Of a DNA stretch of 64,000 bases, positions 41,959-51,584 are shown in pieces. The stretch is taken from IMG/VR virus record IMGVR_UViG_3300043093_000048, positions 32,001 to 96,000 of that record; one strand, given 5' to 3'. Under the pieces are notes generated by a model. The model searched no databases. It saw only the letters and a list, made by a program, of their open reading frames with translations, and was not told the origin of the DNA. Within the stretch, counting starts at the first letter, position 1, and each line of letters opens with the position of its first letter. Both the position numbers and the translations under genes were made by a program. This DNA comes from a virus (lineage: Duplodnaviria > Caudoviricetes).

Positions 41959-42666
41959 ATGGCTAATTTAGAAGTTAATTATTACGATAAAGATATTATT
42001 AATAAATATCTAGATTGGTATAAACAAGAAAACAATAAAAAGGAGGAAACTGTAATGACAAAATCAGAAACCGTTAATAGCTTTTTAGAATTAAGTAAAA
42101 AAATGAGCTTTATGCTCGATCAGTGTAATATTGATTTTAATAAAGAGTGTAATGCTATTATTGGTTTAACAAAAGAAAACATTAATAAGTTTTCAATTGT
42201 TTATAATATTGATAAGCATAACGTATTACTAGTTTATAAGGTAGAAAATCCTACTTTATTAAATGTAACAAATCATAGTGAGACAGTTAATGTTTCATTT
42301 GCTGAAATTGATTTTGTGAGTGAAACAATTACTAAAACTGATTATGAAAATTATTTAAATATAGTTGATTTAGTTTTAGATACTTTTGATAAAGAAAAGA
42401 TTACTCTTGAAAAAGAGAAAAGTATTCTTTATAATAAAAGTAATAACTTTTGGTTTAGATTAACTCATCCTAGAGTTGGCACTGCTATAAAAAATATTGA
42501 CAGTGCTTTAAATCAGTTAAATCAATATGAATCAGATATTGTTAAAGAGAAAGATTTATTAGCAAATAAAACTATAATTGACGATATATTTAAAACATTT
42601 GTTGATGAAGTAGGTCATACTTATGGACTCATGAATTTAAAATATTCAAATAATAAAGGATGGTAA
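41959..42666 (+). CDS. Hypothetical protein
   Basis: AGGAGG RBS; early-like motif 41928-41938. Confidence 0.7.
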   Translation: MANLEVNYYDKDIINKYLDWYKQENNKKEETVMTKSETVNSFLELSKKMSFMLDQCNIDFNKECNAIIGLTKENINKFSIVYNIDKHNVLLVYKVENPTLLNVTNHSETVNVSFAEIDFVSETITKTDYENYLNIVDLVLDTFDKEKITLEKEKSILYNKSNNFWFRLTHPRVGTAIKNIDSALNQLNQYESDIVKEKDLLANKTIIDDIFKTFVDEVGHTYGLMNLKYSNNKGW

Positions 42667-42670
42667 TAAT

Positions 42671-43291
42671 ATGAAGAATCTATATATTAGATTATATTAT
42701 GATCTAAAAGATATTAAGAAGACTTCAATATGGAAGATGGCTTTAACTGATAGTGATAGCCATATTCTTTATATTGAAACTTTACATGATAAAGTCTCAT
42801 CTGATCTTCCAGAATCAGAATATGTGAAATTAACTCAGAAGAGTTATTTCAAAGGTTTAGCAGCTGCTGATGCTAATTTAGCTACATTAGAATTAGTTAA
42901 TCAAATTGATAACACGGGAAGTACAAATATAAATATTTTCGTTAATGAAGACGAAGAAATTCGCAATAAAATTAACAGATATTTAGATAAATATTTTAAT
43001 AAAAGTGAAGATAAAAATTTAAATTTAATCTTCAAAGACTCCTTCGAAGAAATTTTATTCCTTAATTTTATGGGTGAAGATTTCTTTAAGGATTACACTG
43101 TTAGAACTGCTAATATTACTAATATTTTCTGTGATCCAGACAAGCGTTATGAAATTATTTGTGACGAATCTGTTAAAAAATCACTAGAAGATTTAAAAGA
43201 TAATGAAGAAATAAAATCTTTATTCTCTTACATTACTATAGTTGTAGAAGATCTTATTCTTAAAGATCTTTTCACATATATCAATAAATAA
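42671..43291 (+). CDS. Hypothetical protein
   Basis: ORF in operon. Confidence 0.7.
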   Translation: MKNLYIRLYYDLKDIKKTSIWKMALTDSDSHILYIETLHDKVSSDLPESEYVKLTQKSYFKGLAAADANLATLELVNQIDNTGSTNINIFVNEDEEIRNKINRYLDKYFNKSEDKNLNLIFKDSFEEILFLNFMGEDFFKDYTVRTANITNIFCDPDKRYEIICDESVKKSLEDLKDNEEIKSLFSYITIVVEDLILKDLFTYINK

Positions 43292-43315
43292 TTTATTTCT
43301 CAGGAGGAAAATAAC

Positions 43316-44263
43316 ATGAAAAATTCTATTGAAAAAATTTACGGTAAGGTATTCGAAGTTGGTCATATGTCTTTAAACACTGTCATCCAGAATGGAACTA
43401 AAACTCCATCTAATGAAATGAGAAGAGATTCATATTATTATAATACTTATGAATCAGGTAAGTATTCTAATTTAGATAAGCTTGATCAGCTTCAAATTAA
43501 TTATAACTCTTATTTAGCTCTTTCTTATAAAGGTTATGACGAAAATAAAAAGTTCTTTAATAAGGAAATTTGGATGAATAATACTTCACTTGAAAATTTC
43601 AAAGATTTCATTGAATATTCTTATGATTACATTAGTCAGAATGCTAAAAGAATTTATGGAAAAAATGATATTAACAAAGAATTTGAAGACTTTATTATTC
43701 ATACTGGATATAATGATGATGGTTCAGGTTTTGGGGCTATTGATAGTCTTGGTACTATTAGTTATGTATATCCTTTAATGCTAAGTACTGAGGATAATAA
43801 AAATACTTATAATGGTATTATGCTTGGTATAGAAACACCTAAAGAAGAACAGTATGAGCAAGAAATGTCATTAAGTACTTTTTATACTTTTGTAATGACT
43901 ATTAAAAATTATAATAGTCAATTAGATGGAAGACTTGTTTCTATTATGGGACTTCTATATCAAATTCTAAATGATGAATCTTCAGCTAATAGTTATTCAG
44001 GACCTACTTATTCTAATAAAATTCCTTCAAGAACTGTTACTAAGAAGCCTGTGATTCAGAGAAGACAGACTCTTTCAGAAGCGATGGCTACAGTAAAGAA
44101 GGATGAAGAAGCTGAAGAAAAGGAAGAAATTAAAGAAGAACTTCCAAAGAGAAGTACAAAGAAGAATGTTGTTAAGAAGACTGAAAAAGTATCTTTAAAT
44201 GATATTCTTGCTGAAGCTGAAAATATGGAAATCGATTTAGATGATGAAGGAGAAGAATATTAA
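43316..44263 (+). CDS. Hypothetical protein with acidic C-terminal tail (possible ssDNA-binding protein)
   Basis: AGGAGG RBS; ends EIDLDDEGEEY. Confidence 0.55.
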   Translation: MKNSIEKIYGKVFEVGHMSLNTVIQNGTKTPSNEMRRDSYYYNTYESGKYSNLDKLDQLQINYNSYLALSYKGYDENKKFFNKEIWMNNTSLENFKDFIEYSYDYISQNAKRIYGKNDINKEFEDFIIHTGYNDDGSGFGAIDSLGTISYVYPLMLSTEDNKNTYNGIMLGIETPKEEQYEQEMSLSTFYTFVMTIKNYNSQLDGRLVSIMGLLYQILNDESSANSYSGPTYSNKIPSRTVTKKPVIQRRQTLSEAMATVKKDEEAEEKEEIKEELPKRSTKKNVVKKTEKVSLNDILAEAENMEIDLDDEGEEY

Positions 44264-44682
44264 TGATTGACATCAAATTGGATGATGAGTTAGATTCATT
44301 ATTTGATGAAGCATCAGAAGTTTGTGGTACGTCTGAAACATCTGACAAAAAGACTGTAGCTAAAACTAATGAAACAATTACTTTTGTCATTAATGAAAAC
44401 GATGATGAATTTAAAGCTTCATTGAAGAATTTAATAAATAACTCAGGAATCACAACTCAAGATATTTATGATATTAAAAGCCAGAATAATGGTTATAATA
44501 TGATTTATAGTCTCAGAAAGAAAGGTCAATTAGGTATAGACCGTATTAAGGCTTGGTGTAATATTTTACATAAAAAGCCAGTTCTTACTTTTGTTGATAT
44601 GACAGAAGAAGAAGCCAAACAAGTAGATGAAGAACTTTTAAATGAGTTAAAAAATCCTACTAAAAAGAATAAAAAGAAATAA
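44263..44682 (+). CDS. Possible HTH DNA-binding protein
   Basis: ITTQDIY...GYNMIYSLRKKGQLGIDRIKAWC resembles an XRE-type HTH. Confidence 0.45.
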   Translation: MIDIKLDDELDSLFDEASEVCGTSETSDKKTVAKTNETITFVINENDDEFKASLKNLINNSGITTQDIYDIKSQNNGYNMIYSLRKKGQLGIDRIKAWCNILHKKPVLTFVDMTEEEAKQVDEELLNELKNPTKKNKKK

Positions 44683-44783
44683 CATATAATAAATTTATTA
44701 ATTATGGCGTATGATAACATTAATTTAAAATATCATACGTCATAATTTTTTTTTTGATATAATTTTATAAAGGAGTAATTTTT

Positions 44784-45407
44784 ATGTTTTTATTGAATAA
44801 TGAAGAGCTTAGTAAAGATATTAAAAATATGACTATGCTGGAAATTGAGTATTATGTAGAACATCTAAAGCAGACTATTTATAGCTTAACAAGTACCATG
44901 CAATTAATAATTTCTTCTCTTGATACAGTTAAGGATGATTTAGATACATTTAATAATACTAAAATAAAGCAGGATTATCCAAGAGCCATTGAAGAAAAGA
45001 AAAAAGAGCGTAAAAAGCTGAAGGATGAAAAAGAAACAAATATAATTGATGAATCTGCTAATGAAATTGAAGAATTTAAAGAAGAGCTTAATAAGTATGC
45101 TCATTTAAATGAAGATGATGAATACAGCAATAATTATTTTCTAGAAGCTGTATTTAGTATTGAAAATACAAATAAGCAAGATAGTATTTTATTAGGTAAA
45201 AATAGTTCATTCTGTGTAAAGAGTGTTGAACCAACTAATTATGCAGAGATTAAAGATCTAATAGAACATAATCCAATTTTTGTTTTCAATGAAAAATTAT
45301 CTGCAGATGAAATTAATTATTTATGGAAGAATTTTAAAGATAATTATTCTAATAATATTTATCATAATGATGTTGATTTAATTTCAATTAATACAATTGT
45401 ATTTTAA
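44784..45407 (+). CDS. Hypothetical coiled-coil protein
   Basis: AAGGAG RBS. Confidence 0.7.
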   Translation: MFLLNNEELSKDIKNMTMLEIEYYVEHLKQTIYSLTSTMQLIISSLDTVKDDLDTFNNTKIKQDYPRAIEEKKKERKKLKDEKETNIIDESANEIEEFKEELNKYAHLNEDDEYSNNYFLEAVFSIENTNKQDSILLGKNSSFCVKSVEPTNYAEIKDLIEHNPIFVFNEKLSADEINYLWKNFKDNYSNNIYHNDVDLISINTIVF

Positions 45408-45451
45408 ATAAAAGTCCCTAATACCGTTTAAGGTATTAGGGATATTTTTTT

Positions 45452-46309
45452 TTATTCAGTTTCTTCAGTTGAAGAACTCTTAGTAGATTTAATTGTACCA
45501 ATTTCATCTTCTTCAGATTCTAATATAAATAACTTTGTAATGATATCTTCTAATGAAGTATTCTTAATAGAATCACCAACAACACAACCACCAATCTTAG
45601 TAGTTATTAAACTTGGTGCAGATTTTGGTAACTTGCCTTCAACGCCAAATTGTGCTACATCCTTAGTTGTAACAGGTTTTGCAATAAAGTTAATTAATAA
45701 TTTCTTTTCACCAAAAATAACAAGAGGTGGTGTGTCAATTTCCTTAACTTTTTCTTTAGTAGTTGTAACAGTGCCTAACATTCCAAAATAAGGACTCTCT
45801 AAAGCTTCATTATAATCTTTGTATAAAGCAGTAATTCTTTCAATTTCTTCAGTATAATTTTTAATAATATCATCAGACTGTGTTGAAGCAGTATCACTAG
45901 CTGTGATACCATAATAAGAAGTAGCTTCTTCTAAAACTTTTTCAGGGTCATATTCTGGAATTTCTTCATCTGGTTTTTGAACATAGAAGAAAATATTTTC
46001 ACCTACATTATAGCTAGAAAGATCGAACTCTTCTTCACTAAATTCAGATGGCTTAATAATATGATCTACAATAACATAACCTTGCTGAGCCATATTAGAC
46101 CAATATAAACCCATATTAGAAGCTTCTGTTTCATTAAATTCATCATAAACATGAATCTTAACACCAGCAAATTGTAATAATCTATACTTTTGATCTGAAA
46201 TTAAAGTATATTCAGAATTTAGAACTTTTTCTAAATCTTTAGAAAATATAGCTGTGACATCTTCCTTAAGAGGAATATCAAAATCACGCATAATTTTAAC
46301 AAGTTTCAT
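45452..46309 (-). CDS. Late protein, paralog of 46378..47196
   Basis: Shared MKLVK, KPSEF, AQFGVEGKLPK and DIITK blocks. Confidence 0.7.
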   Translation of the reverse strand: MKLVKIMRDFDIPLKEDVTAIFSKDLEKVLNSEYTLISDQKYRLLQFAGVKIHVYDEFNETEASNMGLYWSNMAQQGYVIVDHIIKPSEFSEEEFDLSSYNVGENIFFYVQKPDEEIPEYDPEKVLEEATSYYGITASDTASTQSDDIIKNYTEEIERITALYKDYNEALESPYFGMLGTVTTTKEKVKEIDTPPLVIFGEKKLLINFIAKPVTTKDVAQFGVEGKLPKSAPSLITTKIGGCVVGDSIKNTSLEDIITKLFILESEEDEIGTIKSTKSSSTEETE

Positions 46310-46377
46310 TGTTATTTGCCCCTTTCTATAATTATTTTAATTCCGATAATGAATTTTTCATTATCGGAATATATTTA

Positions 46378-47196
46378 TTATTCTGAAGCAGAATTGCTTG
46401 AAGTAGAATCTTCTTCATCAGAATCTTCAGGAAGAAGCTTTCCAACTATATCTTCCTCTTCTTCTAAGCCAAGTGCCTTTGTAATAATATCTGTAATAGT
46501 CATACCCTTAATAGAATCATCTTCTGCAAAGCCACCAAGAGCAACTACTACCTTAGTAGCAACATCCTTTGGTAACTTACCTTCAACACCAAACTGTGCT
46601 GTATCCTTAGTTGTTTCAAAAGAGAAGTCAGCAATAACCTTATATTGTGTACTACTTACAATCTGAACTAAGTAACCAAATTCAGTCTTACTACCTTCAC
46701 CCTCAGTGATAAATTTCTTAACAGCTTCTTCATAAGATTCTAAATCAGATTCATATTCCTTAACAGCCTTATCAAATTCATTCTTTGCATCAACAAATTC
46801 TTGAAGAGTAAACTTATAACCAACTTCAGGCTTTCTCATCTTTGGAGGTTCGCCTGGATGTACTAAAGTCTTACCATCTTCATCTTCTGGTTCTGCATAA
46901 ACAAAAATGTAATCGCCAATTTCATACTTTGAAGGATCAAAGCTTTCAAATTCAGATGGCTTAACTAATTCCTTAATTACATAAGTCTTATTCTTGTCAA
47001 ATTCACCTAAATTAGCAATTGCATTTTCAGAAAATTCCTTAACTAGAAGAGTTCTTACATGATTAAACTGTAAAAGAGTAAAACGATCATTAGATACTAA
47101 AAGAGATTCTTTTAAAGTAATCTTTTCACTCTCTGGAATACCTACGATTCCAGCTACAGCAGATAATGGCTTATCTAAAAGCTTTACTAGTTTCAT
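46378..47196 (-). CDS. Late protein, paralog of 45452..46309
   Basis: Shared MKLVK, KPSEF, AQFGVEGKLPK and DIITK blocks. Confidence 0.7.
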   Translation of the reverse strand: MKLVKLLDKPLSAVAGIVGIPESEKITLKESLLVSNDRFTLLQFNHVRTLLVKEFSENAIANLGEFDKNKTYVIKELVKPSEFESFDPSKYEIGDYIFVYAEPEDEDGKTLVHPGEPPKMRKPEVGYKFTLQEFVDAKNEFDKAVKEYESDLESYEEAVKKFITEGEGSKTEFGYLVQIVSSTQYKVIADFSFETTKDTAQFGVEGKLPKDVATKVVVALGGFAEDDSIKGMTITDIITKALGLEEEEDIVGKLLPEDSDEEDSTSSNSASE

Positions 47197-47211
47197 TTAA
47201 AATACCTTCTT

Positions 47212-47766
47212 TCATTTATTTTTATTTTCATCATTTTCTTGTTTAACATTTCTCATCACATTTTCAAATGAATCAATAATGATATTTATTTTTTTGACAA
47301 TAGCATTAAATATAGCTCTTGTTTTATCTATATTAACACTTGATATGCCTTTTTCTAAGAAAAAGTTAATTTGCTCAGTTGTTTCTTCAAGAGAAGAGAT
47401 GAGTAGGTTAATAATTTTATGTTGATTTTCATCGTTAATTTCATCAAAAGTGATATAATGTTTTGAATTATTAAATGTTATTTTAGTTTTCTCTAATAGT
47501 TCTAAAAGATTATTAAATTTCTTAAAATACTGTAATTTTTGATAATTAGTAAAATTTAATAAATCTTGTTCAGGAGTAGTTCCATCTTTTTCTTCAGGAA
47601 ACTTTTTATCTGTATCACTATCAGTATCTTCTATATCTAACATGGCAGGAGGTGGTGGAGGTGCTGCACCTTCAGCATTAGGATCTCCTTCAGCCATTTC
47701 TTCTCCTTCTTCATTAAAGTATAAATTAAAATATTTACTCTTTTTCAAAGCTATCACTCCTTTCAA
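47212..47766 (-). CDS. Late protein with an acidic/poly-Pro N-terminus
   Basis: Late motif 47783-47794. Confidence 0.65.
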   Translation of the reverse strand: MKGVIALKKSKYFNLYFNEEGEEMAEGDPNAEGAAPPPPPAMLDIEDTDSDTDKKFPEEKDGTTPEQDLLNFTNYQKLQYFKKFNNLLELLEKTKITFNNSKHYITFDEINDENQHKIINLLISSLEETTEQINFFLEKGISSVNIDKTRAIFNAIVKKINIIIDSFENVMRNVKQENDENKNK

Positions 47767-47829
47767 TTAAATATAACAAATATAAGATTTTGTTTTCCTA
47801 TATAAATCGTATTAAACTATATAATTGTA

Positions 47830-48042
47830 TATATATTATAATTGTGAATAAAGTAAATAATTACTTATATTCACTTCATATTATTGAAGTATTAGTGACG
47901 ATATTAAATCTAACATCACTTTAATAAATGTTAGAGTTTGTATGTTCCCTCGAAGAAACTCATGACCTGAAAAGATAGGGTCGTTATATGAGATAACAGA
48001 GTAGAGGTAAATTAGTACAAATATATCTTGGAGGTCATTATG
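47830..48042 (+). ncRNA. Repeated early promoter + structured 5' leader, copy 1
   Basis: TATATATTATAATTG, three stem domains, conserved TTTGTATGTTCCC...TGAAAAGATA...AGAGTA..GGTAAAT.AGTACAA, RBS. Confidence 0.75.
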
Positions 48043-48414
48043 ACTACAACAAAAACTATCACTAATCGTTTTAACACACAGGCTGAAGGCGTAGCTTTCA
48101 TTAAGAATCTTCTTGACAGCGATAGAAGAGAAGAAGAACTTATAACTGGTAAGTTCTTTGATATTCTTAAAAGAAGCACTGTAAACATTCAGGTAAGAAA
48201 CGGTAAAACTGCATTGGTGTTTGACACAGACTATGGAACTGTGTTGGAAACATTAACTGACAGCGATAAATTCTATTATATGGTAAAGGAGTTTACTCCT
48301 ACATATGAAAGAAATATTATGGATGATGTACTTATTTATATAGCACCGAACAACACCATGTTCTTTAAGGTTAGCAGAAATGGTTCTGTGTACTTGACAT
48401 ATAATAAGGACTAA
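48040..48414 (+). CDS. Small hypothetical early protein (cassette 1)
   Basis: ATG after GGAGG inside the repeated leader; terminator at 48429-48467. Confidence 0.75.
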   Translation: MTTTKTITNRFNTQAEGVAFIKNLLDSDRREEELITGKFFDILKRSTVNIQVRNGKTALVFDTDYGTVLETLTDSDKFYYMVKEFTPTYERNIMDDVLIYIAPNNTMFFKVSRNGSVYLTYNKD

Positions 48415-48525
48415 TTACTAAAATTATAATCACCTTGCTTCTTATGAATGCGAGGTGATTTTTTTTTCTAATTTTTTTATTTATATATTATTTATATGTG
48501 ATTAAATAAAAAGGAGTGAAATAAA

Positions 48526-48939
48526 ATGACTAAATCACAAATAAAACTGTGTGAGAAAATTTATAATAATAATAAATCTTCTTACTCAAGACTTACTATG
48601 ATGGCATTTTTGTTTAAAGGTAAGTCATTAATTTCTCAGGGTATAAACTCTGATAAAACTGATCCTATTCAAAATAAGTTCAGAAAACAAATTATAAATA
48701 ATGATAACTATATAGACAAAAGACATGCAGAAGTTGATTGTCTTAAAAGTTTCATTGAAGACAAAGAAATTGATTTTAAAAGTCTTACATTATTTGTTCT
48801 TTCAAAAAAAGCTAATGGAGAATATAGAAATAGTAAACCTTGTCCTATTTGCAGAAAAATGATTGAAAGCTTAGGTGTAGGTGAAATTTGTTATATTTAT
48901 AATGGTAGACTTATAAATGAAAAACTTCTCAATGTTTAA
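48526..48939 (+). CDS. Zinc-dependent cytidine/dCMP deaminase-fold protein
   Basis: HAE...SKPCPIC motifs; early-like motif 48482-48492. Confidence 0.8.
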   Translation: MTKSQIKLCEKIYNNNKSSYSRLTMMAFLFKGKSLISQGINSDKTDPIQNKFRKQIINNDNYIDKRHAEVDCLKSFIEDKEIDFKSLTLFVLSKKANGEYRNSKPCPICRKMIESLGVGEICYIYNGRLINEKLLNV

Positions 48940-48986
48940 TTAAAATTAAATTTTAAATACTATTATAACAAAATAGTATTAAGAAA

Positions 48987-49580
48987 ATGAATATTTTTAA
49001 AGGAGTAAATAAAATGGTAAATCTAATTAAAAATGAAAATGATTCAATTCTTAAAGTGGATGGTACTGATTTTAAGATTTCTAATGAGCTAGCTAGTTTT
49101 CTAGAAGCTACTAATAGTCTTAATGATGATACTATCACTAAAACCATCAGCAAAGCTGGTGTAATTACATTGAAAATTAAGAGTCTTACTTACACTATCT
49201 GTAATGATAATAAGAAAAAGATCCTTAATATGTACAAAATTAATAATAATGAAGGAGTAATTCATATGAAGACATTTATCAAGTTTATGAAACCAAAGCA
49301 GGAAAGTGGTAAGAAGAACCCTTTTAATTCTCTTATTCTAAGAGTACTTAAGCCAGCACTTAATAACGTGGAATTTGAAGATATTGATGCTGTAAGATCT
49401 ACAGTATATGATACACTTAAGCCACTTATGAGTGAAAATTCTAAGTGGGAAATTGAAGATAATACTAAGACACTTGGTCTTGTTGTAAAGAATGAGTATC
49501 TTAAGGAAGGTAAGGAATATCCTTCTCATAATATCTTCTTTATTAATGTAGTACCAGAAGAGTCTACAGCATCTGAATGA
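48987..49580 (+). CDS. Hypothetical protein (start may be ATG 49014)
   Basis: AAGGAG before 49014; terminator at 49587-49619. Confidence 0.7.
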   Translation: MNIFKGVNKMVNLIKNENDSILKVDGTDFKISNELASFLEATNSLNDDTITKTISKAGVITLKIKSLTYTICNDNKKKILNMYKINNNEGVIHMKTFIKFMKPKQESGKKNPFNSLILRVLKPALNNVEFEDIDAVRSTVYDTLKPLMSENSKWEIEDNTKTLGLVVKNEYLKEGKEYPSHNIFFINVVPEESTASE

Positions 49581-49667
49581 TATATAAAAGGTATAAGCTT
49601 TAAAAGCTTATACCTTTTTATTAAACAAATTTTAATTTATATAATAAATTTTAGGAGGACTATTGTC

Positions 49668-50123
49668 ATGGAAGAAAGAATTGAAAAATTTACAAATAAA
49701 GAATTTTATGAGGTAGTTAATAAAATTTCTACTGCAGTTATTAAAAGAGTATCATCAATTGAAATGAATTCTATTATAATTAGAGCTAATATTAATGATT
49801 ATTATATTTTTATTGGAAAAAACTTATTTATATTTTCTCTTAAAGAATATAGCGATGATAAATATATTACATTTGAACATATTCTTTTAATTAATAAAAA
49901 AAATCATAGTGTAAATAATTTTAATGATATTAAACTAAAAGATATATCAATTACTGATAATAGCGATACTATTGGTGATACTATTGACGAATTAATAACG
50001 GAAATAAACTATCAAAATGATAAAGAATTTAATAATATATTACTATCTCGATATCAAATTTATAAAAAGAATCTTATCTCAGAAATTGAGAAAGTTAAAA
50101 ATTATATTGAATTAGTGTTTTAA
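49668..50123 (+). CDS. Hypothetical protein
   Basis: AGGAGG RBS; C-terminus (EI..V.NYIELV) resembles the next gene. Confidence 0.7.
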   Translation: MEERIEKFTNKEFYEVVNKISTAVIKRVSSIEMNSIIIRANINDYYIFIGKNLFIFSLKEYSDDKYITFEHILLINKKNHSVNNFNDIKLKDISITDNSDTIGDTIDELITEINYQNDKEFNNILLSRYQIYKKNLISEIEKVKNYIELVF

Positions 50124-50134
50124 AAGGAGTTATT

Positions 50135-50533
50135 ATGATAATTAAATGTAAAAAAGATTTTGAAGCTTTTGTAAGTGTTATGATTGCATCTTGTATAAAG
50201 AGTGATAAGAAAATTTATATTTATGAAGAAAATAATATAAAAACTAATAATATGATTTATAAGCATGTATGTATTGAAAAAGATGTTTTTTCATTTATTT
50301 ATAGTTTTTCTAAAACATCTAGCCTTCAGTTTGCTCATCAAAAACTTGATTCAGAAAGAATTTATAATATGTTTAAACAAGGGGAAGAAATTTCTTCTAA
50401 TATTAATCTTTATCTTATTGATTGTGAACATAGTTTAACACATGATTTTAATCTTACTTTATCAAATGAAGAAATCAATAAAGAAATTCATTCAATATGT
50501 AATTACATTGAAGTTGTACTTAATGTAATCTAA
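50135..50533 (+). CDS. Hypothetical protein
   Basis: AAGGAG RBS; ends EIHSICNYIEVVLNVI; terminator at 50550-50595. Confidence 0.7.
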   Translation: MIIKCKKDFEAFVSVMIASCIKSDKKIYIYEENNIKTNNMIYKHVCIEKDVFSFIYSFSKTSSLQFAHQKLDSERIYNMFKQGEEISSNINLYLIDCEHSLTHDFNLTLSNEEINKEIHSICNYIEVVLNVI

Positions 50534-50617
50534 AATAAATAAATTTTAATTTAATACATAAGCTTATTTTAAATAAGCTTATGTATTTTTTTTTTTGTAT
50601 TTAATTATAATGCTGAA

Positions 50618-50817
50618 TATATATTATAATTGCGAATAAAGTATTTAATTACTTATATTCATACTTAGTGTAGATAATTAAATCCAATAAGCACTTAAAT
50701 AAATATTGGAGTTTGTATGTTCCCTTCGAAGAAACTCTTGGTTGAAAAGATATATACCATATAAGAGATAACAGAGTAAAGGTAAATTAGTACAAATATA
50801 TCTTGGAGGTCATTATG
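50618..50817 (+). ncRNA. Repeated early promoter + structured 5' leader, copy 2
   Basis: Same conserved blocks as copy 1 with compensatory stem changes. Confidence 0.75.
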
Positions 50818-51282
50818 ACTAATCGGGCTAAAGAGAGTAAAGAAAAATGTGTGAATATGTTCACTTTTCAACTTCCGCTTATCCTGAGTACTTATCAGCT
50901 ACATGCTAATATGAAAAACACTCAAGAAGGCTTAGCTGAAATACCCGAAATCAAATTGGATGAAAATATGGCTAAGAGCTTAATCTTATCCAATTCCATT
51001 ATTCTTGAAAAAGATAATGGAGAAAAAACGATCTATGATTTATCTTATGATGAGTCTATAGATTGTATTGAGGAGTATGATCATGAAAGTGACGATATTC
51101 GCCGTTATTGTGCTAGCGTTGATCGTGATATCGATTATTCTAAGAGAATAACAAACGCAACATCAAGTCTTCTTAATCTCATTATGGATAAAAAGCTTTA
51201 TGTCATTTCCATCATTAATGGTGGAGTATGTCTTAAAGAAAGTGAAGGTGAACATGTGTATAGACTGTATTCAAAAGATTAA
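50815..51282 (+). CDS. Small hypothetical early protein (cassette 2)
   Basis: ATG after GGAGG in the leader; terminator at 51323-51354. Confidence 0.75.
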   Translation: MTNRAKESKEKCVNMFTFQLPLILSTYQLHANMKNTQEGLAEIPEIKLDENMAKSLILSNSIILEKDNGEKTIYDLSYDESIDCIEEYDHESDDIRRYCASVDRDIDYSKRITNATSSLLNLIMDKKLYVISIINGGVCLKESEGEHVYRLYSKD

Positions 51283-51392
51283 TCAATAAAATGTGTGGAA
51301 AGGAGAATGATATTGATGATTAAAAAACGTACTGTAATGGTGCGTTTTTTTTTTAGTAAAAATTATTGACTGTATTTAATTATAATGCTGAA

Positions 51393-51584
51393 TATATATT
51401 ATAATTGTGAATAAGAATAATTTATATTCTATTCAAATAAGGATGAGTATGAATCTAGTAGCCTTATTACTAGAAATTTGTATGTTCCCGAAAAACATGT
51501 ATGGTTGAAAAGATATAATACCAATATACATGAGAAAAGAGTAGGTAAATAGTACAAGTTAATATTCAAAAGGAGTTTATTATG
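51393..51584 (+). ncRNA. Repeated early promoter + structured 5' leader, copy 3 (more diverged)
   Basis: Conserved loops retained; stems fully covaried. Confidence 0.7.

Noticed and set aside
51298-51380. RBS-like AAGGAG plus a ~23-codon ORF after cassette 2
   Set aside because: Runs through a terminator hairpin and T-tract with poor RBS spacing; possibly a remnant, but unsupported
47830-51584. Repeated leader as a CRISPR array, T-box, pistol or hairpin ribozyme, or type III antitoxin
   Set aside because: No short repeat-spacer periodicity. The GAA/AGUA loop is in the opposite orientation to T-box stem I and there is no T-box/antiterminator sequence. Pistol P3 and hairpin-ribozyme loop partners are missing. 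There are no tandem repeats or terminator before the ORF as in toxIN.
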